Positions 14,983 to 26,310 of a DNA stretch of 64,000 nt are shown piece after piece (the first letter of the stretch is position 1; each line of letters begins with the position of its first letter). Both the position numbers and the translations under genes were made by a program. The notes beneath the pieces were generated by a model. It saw only the letters and a list, made by a program, of their open reading frames with translations, did no database searches and was not told the DNA's origin. Source of the stretch: Dictyostelium discoideum. Taxonomy: Eukaryota. The stretch lies in assembly GCA_000004695.1 (NCBI GenBank), contig CM000152.2:5888001-5952000 (forward strand). The letters run 5' to 3'.

Positions 14983-15030
14983 GGTTCGATTCATTCATAG
15001 GTAAAAAAAAAAAAAAGGTTCGATTCATTC
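14983..15030 (+). repeat. 14-bp direct duplication of the exB box (ggttcgattcattc) flanking an oligo(A)14: footprint of a TPRT event truncated to its tail
   Basis: Reads caGGTTCGATTCATTCatag-gtA14-GGTTCGATTCATTCtag, starting 32 bp after tRNA-Ser B. Confidence 0.55.
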
Positions 15031-15127
15031 TAGTATTAAAAATAATTAATAAACTCTTAACCAAATCTATTATTAATAGTTTTTAATAATAAAACGAAAA
15101 AAAAAAAAATTATATCTTTTATATAAA

Positions 15128-15179
<52 letters not shown>

Positions 15180-16068
15180 AATTAAAATATATAAGTTAAA
15201 TTAATATATGATTGTGGTGTTGAAATGAGACATTTAATGTAAAACAACACTTTTATTTAATTTATCTCCCACACCACACATTATTAATAATTTTTTTTTT
15301 TTTTTTTTTGTCAAACACAAAACGCATTAAAAACTATAATAATATTTTAATTTTATTTTAATAATAATTTAATTATATTTTCCCATTTGTTTTTGTATTT
15401 GATAGACAAAAACTTAATAGTAAAATTTTTCCTATGGGTTTTTGATAAGAAATATAATTTTTCATTTCATTTTTAAATCTTAAAATATAAAATATCTTAT
15501 CTAGTAGAAAAGATTAAAAATTAAAATACTAAAAAATAATAATAGTAAAAATAATAGTTATAATAGTACTCTATTATCTTCAACAAATAAAGATAATGAA
15601 GTTTGTACAACTACCAATTCAATAACAACTTTAGATGATAAAGCTTTTTATTTTAATAATTGCAATAGAAAGGCTGAAATATGTGTATTATTAAAACATC
15701 AATAACCACAGATGGTATATTAAATATTAGAGGAGAAGTTTTATTACCAAAATTTAAAAAAAAAAAATAAAAATAAAAAAAAAAAAGAAAAAAGAAATAG
15801 AAAAACAAAAATTTATAAATTAAAATTATTACTTCCGTAATATTTATTTCATTTTTTTTATTTATTTATTTAATAATTTTTTTTTTTTTTTTTTATTTTA
15901 TTTTATTTAATTTTTTTTTTTCGATTTGAGTAGGATTTATAAATAATTTGAATGTTGATGGATGATTTGTGGGGAGATAATAGTATAGAAAAAACAATCA
16001 AATATTTTTATTAGATTTATCTAATAGTTTCCAATTTAGAAATTTGTAATTGTTCTTGGATTCAACTC

Positions 16069-16128
<60 letters not shown>

Positions 16129-16321
16129 AAATTTGTTTTTTTGAATTATTATTTTTTTTTAAATTCCTAAAATTGAGACTCTCCAGTTACTCACCTCGAT
16201 CCAAATATGAACACTTTTGTTGTTTGTTTAAAACAAAACACACTTAAAAAAAAAAAAAAAAAAAAGGAAAAACAAAAAAAAAAAAAAAAAAAATAATTTT
16301 TAAAACAATTAGAAACCAAAT

Positions 16322-16444
16322 TAAACAACGACACCTTAGCAAAGTGTATTACCAATTGGTATTCAATGACACCTTAACAAAGTGTATCACCCATTTGGTT
16401 TTGGATGACACCTTAGCAAAGTGTATTACCCATTTGGTTTTCGA
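16322..16444 (+). repeat. Tandem array of about 3.5 copies of the 39-bp tRNA-Ser-5'/flank unit, with no intact tRNA
   Basis: Copies read gacaccttagcaaagtgtattaccaattggtattcaat, gacaccttaacaaagtgtatcacccatttggttttggat, and gacaccttagcaaagtgtattacccatttggttttcgat. The array ends gacac+T9 at the 3' end of the next element. Confidence 0.7.
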
Positions 16445-16550
16445 TGACACTTTTTTTTTGATTGGAATAACGCAATTTTTAGTTGCTTCTTCTTGAGATA
16501 GATCTCATTTTATTTTTAGATAGGTTTCAGGTGCCTTTGAAGGTGGTAGA

Positions 16551-16593
<43 letters not shown>

Positions 16594-17345
16594 TTAAATT
16601 TAAATTTTGTGTTGAGGGATGTGATGTATTTGTTGAGGTTGGATGGAAGTGTTATGTGTATTGGAGAGTTCCATTGTTTACTGAATTTTTGGAGATGTTT
16701 GGAGATGATGGATTTGAATTTCTTGATCTGTTCTTCGCTTTGTGCTTTTCTTTCTTGTCTGGTTAATTTGTAAATTGTGTTTTTGGTTCTTTCCCAGCTG
16801 CTGTTAGTGTTTTTTTAGTTCGTGGATTAATAACTCCTTCTTTAAATTTTTGAGAGTGATTCCTTCATAAACTTTTTTGTTTTTTCTTTTCCAAATGTTT
16901 TCGCATATTATTGCTATGGCATTGGCAGTTAGTGTAATATCGAGTTTGTTGAACACTTCTAATCCCAGAAGTGATTTTGGAGCTTCCACTTTTATCTTGG
17001 ATGTGATCTATACCATCTTGAGAGTTGCTGAGGTGTGATTTGCATTTGAAGAATATGTGTTCAGAGGTTTCAGGCTCGAGGCACCATACTTTGAAAAGTT
17101 ACCTCCCCAGATTCGATGATAGTATAGTAATCCCTCATTGCGGAGTTTTTAGTTGCGATACTTATTGGTCCGGTTATACATTGTTTTTTTTTTAATTGAG
17201 TTTTATCCACAATTTCGCTTATTTTTTGTAGGCATTTGTGTTGCTTAATATTTGTGGTGTTGTTTGTGATTTTCATTTTATTTTCTTTCTATTTTTTTTA
17301 TTTTTCTTTAAAAAGTTAAAAATCTGGAAATTTTCTGATTAACTT
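16445..17345 (-). mobile_element. Internally deleted TRE5-like element: 5' leader and ORF1 start (MKITNNTTNIKQHKCLQ) fused to the ORF2 C-terminal domain and 3' module
   Basis: The 5' end cttgggaacccaagttaatcagaaaatttccag matches the element 5' end at 50031. The ORF1 start at 17276 matches 50105. The distal ORF (16804..16989, LTANAIAIICENIW) matches ORF2 of copy B. The internal A-run is 16556-16588 and the terminal oligo(A) is 16445-16453. Confidence 0.65.
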
Positions 17346-17353
17346 GGGTTCCC

Positions 17354-17424
<71 letters not shown>

Positions 17425-18885
17425 TTATAGAAAGTACTGAGTGAATTATTGTATTTTTTGAGATGTTTCGGAAGTTCTATTGCGTGAAGAGGTGAGTTCC
17501 ATTGTCTGCTAAATTGTAATAGCTTTAGCGAGATTAGTGAGTCTAATTTATTTTGTTCTTCTGGCCGTTGCTTTGATTTGATTCTTAATGTTTTGTTTAT
17601 AACCGCTTGTGTCCTGTCCCATGCAGCTCTTTGTGTTTTAATCAGTTCACGTATGACTTGTTGTCTGTGAATTATTATTTCTTTTTCATCGTGAATGAGT
17701 TTATTTCTTTTGTGCCAGATTCTTTCGAATATAATAGCTATTAAATTGGCTACTAGTGCGATTTGTAGATGGTTTAAAATCTTCACATTCCAGGTGTGAG
17801 TGGTGTGTCCACACTTAGTTAGGGTGTAGTTGAATATTTCTTGTGTGTTTTTGATGTGGGCTTTGCAGTTGAAGAATATATGTTCTGAAGTCTCATCTTC
17901 CCCACACTGTTGGCATGGCATGTTGTATATTTTTGGTAATGCTTTCAGTGTGTATCTCCATAATAGATCTCTACCTTTCATGTTTATTATTTTTTTGATT
18001 TCTTTAAATGGAAGGTGTTTGCTATTAATTTTGGTCATTATTTCTTTTTGGCCAGGAGTTGGTATGAATTTGTTGTGTTCTGGAGATTGAGTTGTCATCA
18101 TATCCTCGTATATTTTTTTTAATTTTGGGAGGTGTTCGTAGTGTGTTTGTTTATTTTGTGGAGTTTTTAATTGGGTCCATGCTTGCTTGCATTGCCAGTG
18201 TAGTTGTAGTTGTAGTTGATTTTGTTTTGTTGTTGTTTTGTTGTTGTTGTTGTTTCTGAGTTCCTCTTCCCACAGTTTTATATATGAACTAGGAGTGTTA
18301 CTTACTCTTTGGTGGAGGTATCTTTCGAATAACCATGCTTTCTGTGCTAGTTCTCTTGTCTTCAGGTTCCATAAGTTTAGGCCACCATTGATATAGTTGT
18401 TTTGTCTTCTTTGTAGTGAAAGAGAGTTTTTAGATTTTGTGTTGAAAACGAATTTTACGATGTTATTTTCAATACTATTGTGTTGTGATGTGGTGTTGAT
18501 GTAAGTGTGGAACGTTAACTGAGATAGTGCATATGTTTTTGCCATTATGAGTCTGCCCATATAGGTTGATGAAGTTGAGTTCCATGTTACTAGTTTAGCT
18601 CTGATGTTGTCTGAGATTGTATTGATTTTGGATTTGATACCCTTATTGTTGAAGTCAAATCCGAGGTACCGTTCGTTTGATTTTATGACGGTGTATAGCG
18701 TTCTGGTGTTCCATTTGAAAGTGATACACGAGCATTTGGTTTGGTTTATTTTTGCGCTGGTTGCTTGGCAAAACTTCTTGATCCATTCATTCATGAGGAA
18801 ATGGTCCATAAAGTTGTATGCTATTGTTGCTGTGTCATCGGCGAACTGTAATATGTCATCGATGACAGCTTAAAAAAGTGTATTA
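17346..18885 (-). mobile_element. 5'-truncated TRE5-like element: reverse transcriptase from just before the FADD motif through the ORF2 C-terminus to poly(A)
   Basis: The reading frame begins AVIDDILQFADDTATIA (RT motif C). It continues into ORF 17421..18809 (ERYLGFDF...KGRDLLWRYTLKALPKIYNMPCQQCGEDETSEH). Poly(T) on the + strand at 17355-17423 is a 69-nt poly(A) tail. The proximal end lies about 20 bp upstream of tRNA-Ser C. Confidence 0.8.
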
Positions 18886-18902
18886 TTCATTTGGTTTCCG
18901 AT

Positions 18903-18983
18903 GACACCTTAGCAAAGTGGTTAATGCGGCGCCCTGCTAAGGCGTTCTCTTCGGAGGCGCAGGTTCGAACCCTGCAGGTGTCG
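18903..18983 (+). tRNA. tRNA-Ser (anticodon GCU), copy C
   Basis: Identical to copies A and B. A degenerate fragment of the 39-bp unit precedes it. An exB-like tgttcgattct follows at about 19013. The 3' flank is similar to that of copy A. Confidence 0.9.
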
Positions 18984-19137
18984 ATCTTTTAGTAAGTTAT
19001 ATATTAGATCAGATGTTCGATTCTGCGTAAATTAAATCAGGTTACACAAAATTATTAGTTCCATAGTAATAATTTTAATTGTTCCATTATTTTCTAATAC
19101 TACTGGCAATTGGAAACTTGGTACCATTGCTTGTAGT

Positions 19138-19320
19138 AGTTTTATTGATAGGTTTTGTAGTAGTAGTAGTAGTAGTAGTAGTTTTGTTTAGGTTGTTGAT
19201 TGTTGTATTGCTTGTTGGTAATTGATGTGTGGTTGTTGTTGGTGTGGTTGTTGTTTGTGTGGTTGTTATTGGTGTGGTTGTTATTGGTGTGGTTGTTGAT
19301 GCATTAGTTGTTGGTGGAGT
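19138..19320 (+). repeat. G/T-rich minisatellite: (GTA)9, then 4-5 copies of about 24 bp ggtgtggttgttgttRgt
   Basis: Read directly from the sequence. It is encoded as poly-Val in ORF 19229..19525. Confidence 0.7.
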
Positions 19321-19525
19321 TGATGGTATTGATTTAGTCTTTAAGGATTACAATCTTCCACCAATTCCTATCAGTGTCATCCCAAGAAACTATTTCGAAA
19401 CTGTCAAAGAATGGCTCGATTCATTCAATATTAAATTTTATCAATCTGAACGTAATTACAATTGGAAGAGAATTATGGATACAATCAAAAGTGATGTAAA
19501 GAAATTCCATGACGATGGTGTTTAG
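19229..19525 (+). CDS. Possible exon of a hypothetical gene; the conserved-looking C-terminal 60 aa follow the repeat-encoded poly-Val
   Basis: The distal part of the ORF (DYNLPPIPISVIPRNYFETVKEWLDSFNIKFYQSERNYNWKRIMDTIK) is non-repetitive. No homologue recognised, and the start is uncertain. Confidence 0.2.
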   Translation: MVVVGVVVVCVVVIGVVVIGVVVDALVVGGVDGIDLVFKDYNLPPIPISVIPRNYFETVKEWLDSFNIKFYQSERNYNWKRIMDTIKSDVKKFHDDGV

Positions 19526-19560
19526 TCTTTCCTGGAATTTAGAAGAAGAGGAAGAAGATA

Positions 19561-19956
19561 GTGGCGATGATGATTATCATTCCAATAGTGACCAATCTGA
19601 ATCTAGTGATTATCTCTTCAATGTCTTCAGGTTCTGATGATGATGATGAAGATTCTTCCCAAGGTGAAAATTGGGAAGATTTAGAACAAAAAGCTGAAAG
19701 AGATGATAAAATGAAAACTTTCGATGTAACAAATAAAAGAAAAAGAGATGAAAAATCTGTTAGTAGTAGCAATAGACCATCCTCTTCAAAATCAGGTAGT
19801 AGTAGTAGTAGTAGTGGTGGTGGTGGTGGTGGTGGTGGTGGTGGTGGTGGTGGTGGTGGTGGTGGTGGTGGTTCAATTAGATCAAAATCTTCATCTTCAT
19901 CTTCAAAAGGTTCATCATCCTCTTCCTCAAAATCATCTTCATCAAAAAGAAAATAG
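19561..19956 (+). CDS. Hypothetical acidic Ser/Gly-rich protein (131-aa ORF); may be spliced to the preceding ORF
   Basis: The ORF has a DDDDEDSS acidic patch, a KRKRDEK basic patch, and a (GGT)n poly-Gly run of about 20 residues. It is low-complexity. Confidence 0.3.
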   Translation: MAMMIIIPIVTNLNLVIISSMSSGSDDDDEDSSQGENWEDLEQKAERDDKMKTFDVTNKRKRDEKSVSSSNRPSSSKSGSSSSSSGGGGGGGGGGGGGGGGGGGSIRSKSSSSSSKGSSSSSSKSSSSKRK

Positions 19957-20195
19957 AAATAATAAAAAATAAAAAAATTATTATTAAATTATTATGATTT
20001 ATAAATTTCTACTTTATTTGGAAATTGCAAATTTTATTATTATTATTATTTTTTTTTTAAAATGTAATTACTTGTTTTACATTTTTTTGTTTTCTATATT
20101 TGGCGCGCCATAAATTTTTTTTTTTTTTTTTTTTTTTTTTGTAAAACCCAAATAAGTTCAAAAGATCCTTAAACTTTTATTATTATTATATTTTA

Positions 20196-20226
<31 letters not shown>

Positions 20227-20361
20227 ACTAACCTTAATTATAAAAAAAAATTATTAGAATTATTATAATTTTTTTTTTTTTTTTAAAAACAAACATAAAG
20301 TTTTAAAAAAAATAAAAACTACCAATAAATTTAAATATCAAAAAAAACCTTTTAATAAAAA

Positions 20362-22463
20362 ATGGACATTTCAGGATTTTTGAAAGAAAATAAAGAAAGT
20401 TTAAAGGATTTAAAAGAAGATGATATTAATGAAATATTAGAAGATTATGAAATTGATAATATTAATGATCCAAAACAAAAAATAAGATTTTTCAAACAAG
20501 TGGAAAATACAAGAAAAAGGTTAAAAATTGAAGAAAAAAATAGAATGTTGGAAGAAGATATAAATAGAATGTATGAAGAAGAAAAAAATAGAATGTTGGA
20601 AGAAGAAAAAAAAGAATTTTTAATAAAAGTGGAAGAAGAAAAAAAAGAATTTTTAACAAAAGTTGAAGAAGAGAAACAAAAATTAAAGACAGAAGTGGAG
20701 GATCTTAAATCAATCATTTTAACTTCTTCAACTAAAAATGTAAATATTCAATTCGAGACTGTTGTTAAATTTAAATTAATTCTAATTAAAAATTATTAAA
20801 AAAATTTATTAAAATCTAGGGTGATTTAAAAGGAACAACTTCATATTCTGAATTGTTTAAAATCAAGAATTCCCTAAAGTTGATAGAAGAAAACTGTGAG
20901 TTCAAAGATTGGAACATACCAAGTGGTATAGAATTAAAGAAACATGTCATCAATTTAGATGATTGCAACCAAGAATCTACCATGCAATCGAAATTGGATG
21001 AATATTTTAAAGATTTTAATAAAAAAAGGAAATTAATTATTACAAATGGAACGAAAATAAAGATTAATAGTATAATAAGCAATAGGTATTGTGATTACTT
21101 TATTAATCAAAAAGGATTTCCATTTGAACCCTATTGGATGCACATGGTTGGTGATATAAAGAAAGGTTCAATATCAAGTGATACAAACCTGGATCAAGTT
21201 CTTAAATATATTGATATAATCGTTGAAAAGTCAAATCATCATGTTTTAAACCGTCCAATGTTTGGTTTCTTAATGAATAAAACAAAAATAAAATTTGTAA
21301 AGTATGATATTGAAAACAATAAATATTATATTACAATCGACTATGATTTAAGAATTGGGTTTCAATACCTTTCAAATATAATGATTTACCTCGAACAATT
21401 TATTAGAAACATTCCAAATAGCTTACAAACTATATTGAAAAACCATACAAATGATTCTGTCGAATTTTATTATGGCGCAACATCTTCAGTTTTCATTGTA
21501 AATAAGGAGTTTGTTTATAAATGGTTTAATTATCCTTATTTTTTTCAAACCGAAGTTAAATATTTAACTTTTATTGATGGTATTGAAGGTACTCCATCAA
21601 TAAAACAACAAAACCAAACTGAAAACTGGATTCAAATATCACCTAGAGGCCAATTGATTAAGAACTTAGAAGGCAAACCCATTGATATTTCCTTTTATAC
21701 TAAGGTATGTAAATTTAATTTACAGTCAATAATTTATAATTATATTTTCTTTTTAAACACTTATTTATAATCTTTTTTTCAATTAATATATATATATTAA
21801 ATTAAAATAGTCTGTCGAAATACTCAAAAACATACATCAAGAGAGGTTATACATAGAGATATTAGATTATCAAATCTTTTAATGGATTCTGGTGGCGATC
21901 CTCTTTTGGTAGATTTTGGTTTTGCAAATTTCACTGAAAATGAAGAATTCTACCAAGGAACAATGAATACTGCTTCAAATAGGATCTATAATATTTTAAT
22001 AAATAATAGAACCAATCATGCATTTTCTGTAGTTGAATCTGATGATTTAGAGTCATTAGTAAAGGTTTATATTATGGAGAATGAACAAGCTGTTAAAAGA
22101 ACTATCAAATCAATACCAAATTCGGAAATTGGATTGTTTCGCACAATGTGGGAATTTTTTAATACAGAATGCTTCCCCCAATACTCCACACTTTTCCAGC
22201 AAGCCCAAAATATAAACTATGAAGAATTGAAAAATGAATTTATTAAAATTGATAAAATAAAAAATACAACCACAACTTCAAATAATAACCAAAATCATAC
22301 AAATATACACAAAAATACCATTGCAAATACAACTTCATACACTAATACCCTTGAAACCTCAACTACTAACCCAAATACAAATACAACTACATCTGATACA
22401 AATACAAGTACAACTTCAACCACTAATACAAATACAACTACATCTAATACCATTACGGCTTAA
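20362..22463 (+). CDS. Atypical protein kinase with N-terminal coiled coil, 3 exons: 20362..20739, 20820..21708 and 21811..22463
   Basis: Exon 3 carries VIHRDIRLSNLL (HRD catalytic loop) and DFGFA (DFG). Exon 2 carries a degenerate glycine loop (GATSSVF), VYKWF (the VAIK lysine) and QTEVKYL (the alpha-C Glu). Both introns have GTAAAT donors and AG acceptors and keep the frame. The C-terminal tail is Thr/Asn-rich. Confidence 0.7.
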
Positions 22464-22686
22464 AGTGTAAATAATATGGTGCCATTGTTAGATACCACAC
22501 TTCATGGGCTATGAACCAATAACCAATAATGTCACTGTCCCATTAATAGCGGGTAATACATTATTTAAAAATTGATTTAATTAGTCAAATTCTACCTAAA
22601 ACTTTCAAATTCCTAGAGCAAAAACAATAGAATAAAAAAATAAAAAATAACTTCAAATATTACTATTTCTCTAAATTCTCAATTTT

Positions 22687-22730
<44 letters not shown>

Positions 22731-23074
22731 AACTAATTTTATTATTAAATTTAGTAAATATGTAAAAATATTACAAAAGTACTATTATGATTTATTTAAT
22801 TAAATATTTTTTATATTATTACATATAAATTTTATATATAATATATATTATTATTAAAATAGAGATATACTATATTATTATATATTAGTTTTGTTATTAT
22901 TATTATATTATTATTATTATTATATTATTATTATTACTATTATTATTATTGCTATTATTATTATTATATTATTATTTTTTATTATTATTTATTATTATTA
23001 ATTATTAATTATTAATTTATTTTCTATTGACTGCACCTTGAGCAACTGTACCAAAAACACCAAGCTTTTAATGG

Positions 23075-23961
23075 TCATTTGAAAGTTTGGAATATGAAAG
23101 CTGATGGAAAAGTAACTAGTGAAGCTAAACCAGAGAAATAAGTTACCAATACAAATGCATGCACATTTGGACACACCTTTCTCACTGCGATATAAGAGAT
23201 TGCACCAAAGAATGCACCTATAATACCTATAAAAATATATAATAATTTATGTGGATCACTTTCAGCATGACTTGCACTTGAACCATCATTATGATCATCG
23301 TGGAAAAGGAATGATGGTTTTGAAATAACTGTAATACCACATAATGATAAGAATGCACATATTGCTTGAACTGGTCCCCATTTCTCTTTTAATAGTACCG
23401 CAGCTAATGCAGCGGTCATAACTGGATTAGTGAATGAAATGATTACAGCTTCTGATAATGGTAAAACTGTGATGGTATAGAAATAAGTGCATAAACCAAT
23501 AGTACCTGAAAGACCACGTAATGATAAGAATAAACGCTTTTCTTTTGGACTAATGGATTAATTTTCAATGGAAATAAAATTAAAAGACAACCTATAAAAC
23601 AATAAAATGACCGAAAGAAAGTAATCTCTAATGATGATAATTCTTTTGAAAGTTGTTTAACTGCTAATGCCATAACTGAAAAAAGACCAGCACTAAGTAC
23701 CAATAAAATAATACCTTGAAATTTAGACCAAATCTCATCCCATTTTTGTAAATATTTATTTCTTTGAACAACTTTAACATTACCATCATCTGTAATTTCT
23801 TCATCATCATTATTATTATTTTCACCACCAGGAGTAGTGGTTAAATTGGAATCAACCTTATTCATTGGAATATTATCGCTATCGTCATCCTCTTCATTAT
23901 TTGCAGCTTCAATATCACGTGGCGATGGTGGCTTTTCAGATGGTGAAACCTGAAGTACCAT
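23075..23961 (-). CDS. EamA/DMT-superfamily transporter (SLC35G/TMEM20-like); the frame changes near 23540, from either a small intron or a frameshift
   Basis: A second frame reads RLFLSLRGLSGTIGLCTYFYTITVLPLSEAVIISFTNPVMTAALAAVLLKEKWGP, then a second EamA half (ISKPSF...IGIIGAFFGAISYIAVRKV). The first two TM helices are in ORF 23443..23961. I could not place a canonical GTA donor. Confidence 0.6.
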
Positions 23962-24370
23962 ATGATCTTCAGAGGCAACACTATATAATAATGGATTAAC
24001 AAATAATTGACTTAATTTTAAACCAGCACTCTTATTTAAATTTGTTGTTGATGATTTTAAACCTTTATTTTCTGGAATTGAATTTGTTGATGTTTTTAAT
24101 ACATTGTTTGGTACTGCATTTGATGATTTATTTAAATCAATTTTATTATTTTGTAATGATTCAAGTTGTTCTTTATTTTTTTTTAATAATGATTTTGTAT
24201 CTTCAATATCATCGAATTGGTTAAAACAAAAAAAATTTTAAAAATTTAGAAAAAAAAAAATAAAAAATAAAAGCCAAATAATGAAAATTTAATTTAAAAA
24301 AACTATTTTTCTTGTTCACCAATGAAGGAGATCAATTTTTTATTTACAATTTTTTTTTTTTAAATTTTTT

Positions 24371-26070
24371 CTAAACTTTTGATTTATTTGGTGAAGGTGG
24401 AGCCAAATCTTTTAAAGATTCAAATTTATCTTTATTTGCTTGATAAACCACTTGAGATTGATTTGAATATTTAAAAAATTGTCTAAAACCTACATCAAGT
24501 CTATCATCATTTGAGAGATAATTAAATAACTCTAAATGATCATTACTTAAGGAATCTAATAATAAAATTTTAACCAAATCTGACTTTGTGAAAATTGGAT
24601 TCAAGAGACGATGTTCAATTTTTGCACTATGATTTTTTAAACTTGATTTCTTTGATAAAAGAAAAGGATACTTTTGATCTAAATATTTGATGATATCTAA
24701 TCTACCAAACTTTGATAATAAACTTAAAAAAGTTAAAAGGAATTGAATTTTTGAATTTGGAAACTCTTGAGGTGGTATCAATCGATATTTAATCATTTCT
24801 TTTGGACCAAATTGATTGTACTTGATCAATTGTAAATCTTTTTTTGAGGGTTTTGATTTTTTCATTTCTTGTTTTAATTTTTCTTTTTTTTCAATTTCTT
24901 CTTGTTTATTTTTCTCTTTTTCTTGGATTTTTCTTTCTTTTTCAAATTCTTTTCTTTGTTTTTCAATATGTTTTTCTTTTTCAATTCTTTTCTTTTCAAT
25001 ATCTTTTTCTAATTTTAATTTTTTCTTTTCTTTTCTATCATCTTTTTTTGTTCTACCTCTTTTAAAATCTATAACCTTATATGGTTTTAGTGTATTATTA
25101 TGATTATCATCATCATCATCGTCATCATCATCATCATCTTTGTTGTCGTTGTCATCATTATCATTTTTTTCATTAATACCATAAGGATTAGTTTTATAAG
25201 TTTCTGATATTAATTCTTTTTTAAAATATTCATCAATTGTTCCAATGATTTTTTCATTTTCATCAAGATTACCATCATTATTATTATTATTACAATTAGT
25301 TGACAATTTACTCAGTGGTGGTTCAATAGTTATATCACTTGTCAGCTTCACTTCTTTATCTAATGTAGGATTATAACTATCATCCATTTCAATATCTTTA
25401 ATCTCTGATTTATTTTGAATAGAATTTTCTAAAGATTTTGAAGTAGTTGTTGTAGTTGTAATTGAAGTTGAAGCTAAAGTTGTAGTTGAGGTTGTTAAAT
25501 TTGATTGATTTTGAATTTTACTATCTACTTTTGGTACTATTAATTTTTGTTGTTGCTGTTGTTGTTGTTGTTCTATTTGTGGTAAAATCTTTTCAAATGT
25601 ATGAATTTCTCTGAATACTGAAAAATAACGTTCCATAAATTTATTTATAAAATCTAAATCACCTCTTTGAATAACTTCATAAAGTAATCTACCACAATGT
25701 TTAAATACTAAATCATCGTTATTATTATTACTATTTTTATTATTTGAGTTATTATTATTATTATTATTACCATCTAAATTATTATTATCTAAATTATTAA
25801 AATAATTTGTTAAAATTTCAATATTAAATAATTGATCACTTCTACCAGTTAAATATAATAAAGCTTTTAAAGTTGGAAAAGTTAATTTACAACGTTTTGA
25901 AATGATATCATTATTTCTAGTTGAAAATATCCAATCCATTAATTCGATTTGATTTAAAGTGAATGATTCTATCTCTTCAGGATTTGAATGATTTGTAAAG
26001 ATATTATATTCGAAATTAGTATTATCAATTATAAATTTAATATTTGAAATATCATATCTACTCCAATGTT
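24371..26070 (-). CDS. Hypothetical protein with poly-N/Q/D tracts and a Lys/Glu-rich coiled-coil segment. The ORF stays open upstream of the listed Met, so the gene is probably joined to the 26083..28077 ORF
   Basis: The 522-aa ORF continues in frame 5' of its first ATG (..SKHWSRYDISNIKFIIDN..ELMDWIF). The KEKKKLKLEKDIEKKRIEKEKH segment looks like coiled coil. Confidence 0.45.
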
Positions 26071-26082
26071 TACTTGAATTCT

Positions 26083-26274
26083 CTAAGAATTGGTATCACT
26101 ATTAATATTACCACACCAACAATCAATAACATATTTATCAAATTCATAAATTTCAGGTTTTGAAACTATATATCTTGCAGTATTTAATACTTTTTCATTT
26201 ACTAATAATATTTCTTTACTTTGGTCATTATTAATTTTATTTCTATTAATTGTTGGTGATAAAATTGTTGATTG

Positions 26275-26310
<36 letters not shown>

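Noticed and set aside
15958-15966. Second DUSE-like match (ccccacaaa on the minus strand)
   Set aside because: The downstream 60-130 nt is pure A/T homopolymer with no RNA-like segment.
10384-18983. Possible CRISPR-like array (short direct repeats with spacers)
   Set aside because: The genome is eukaryotic. The repeats are tRNA 5'-end fragments of irregular spacing, with no cas genes.
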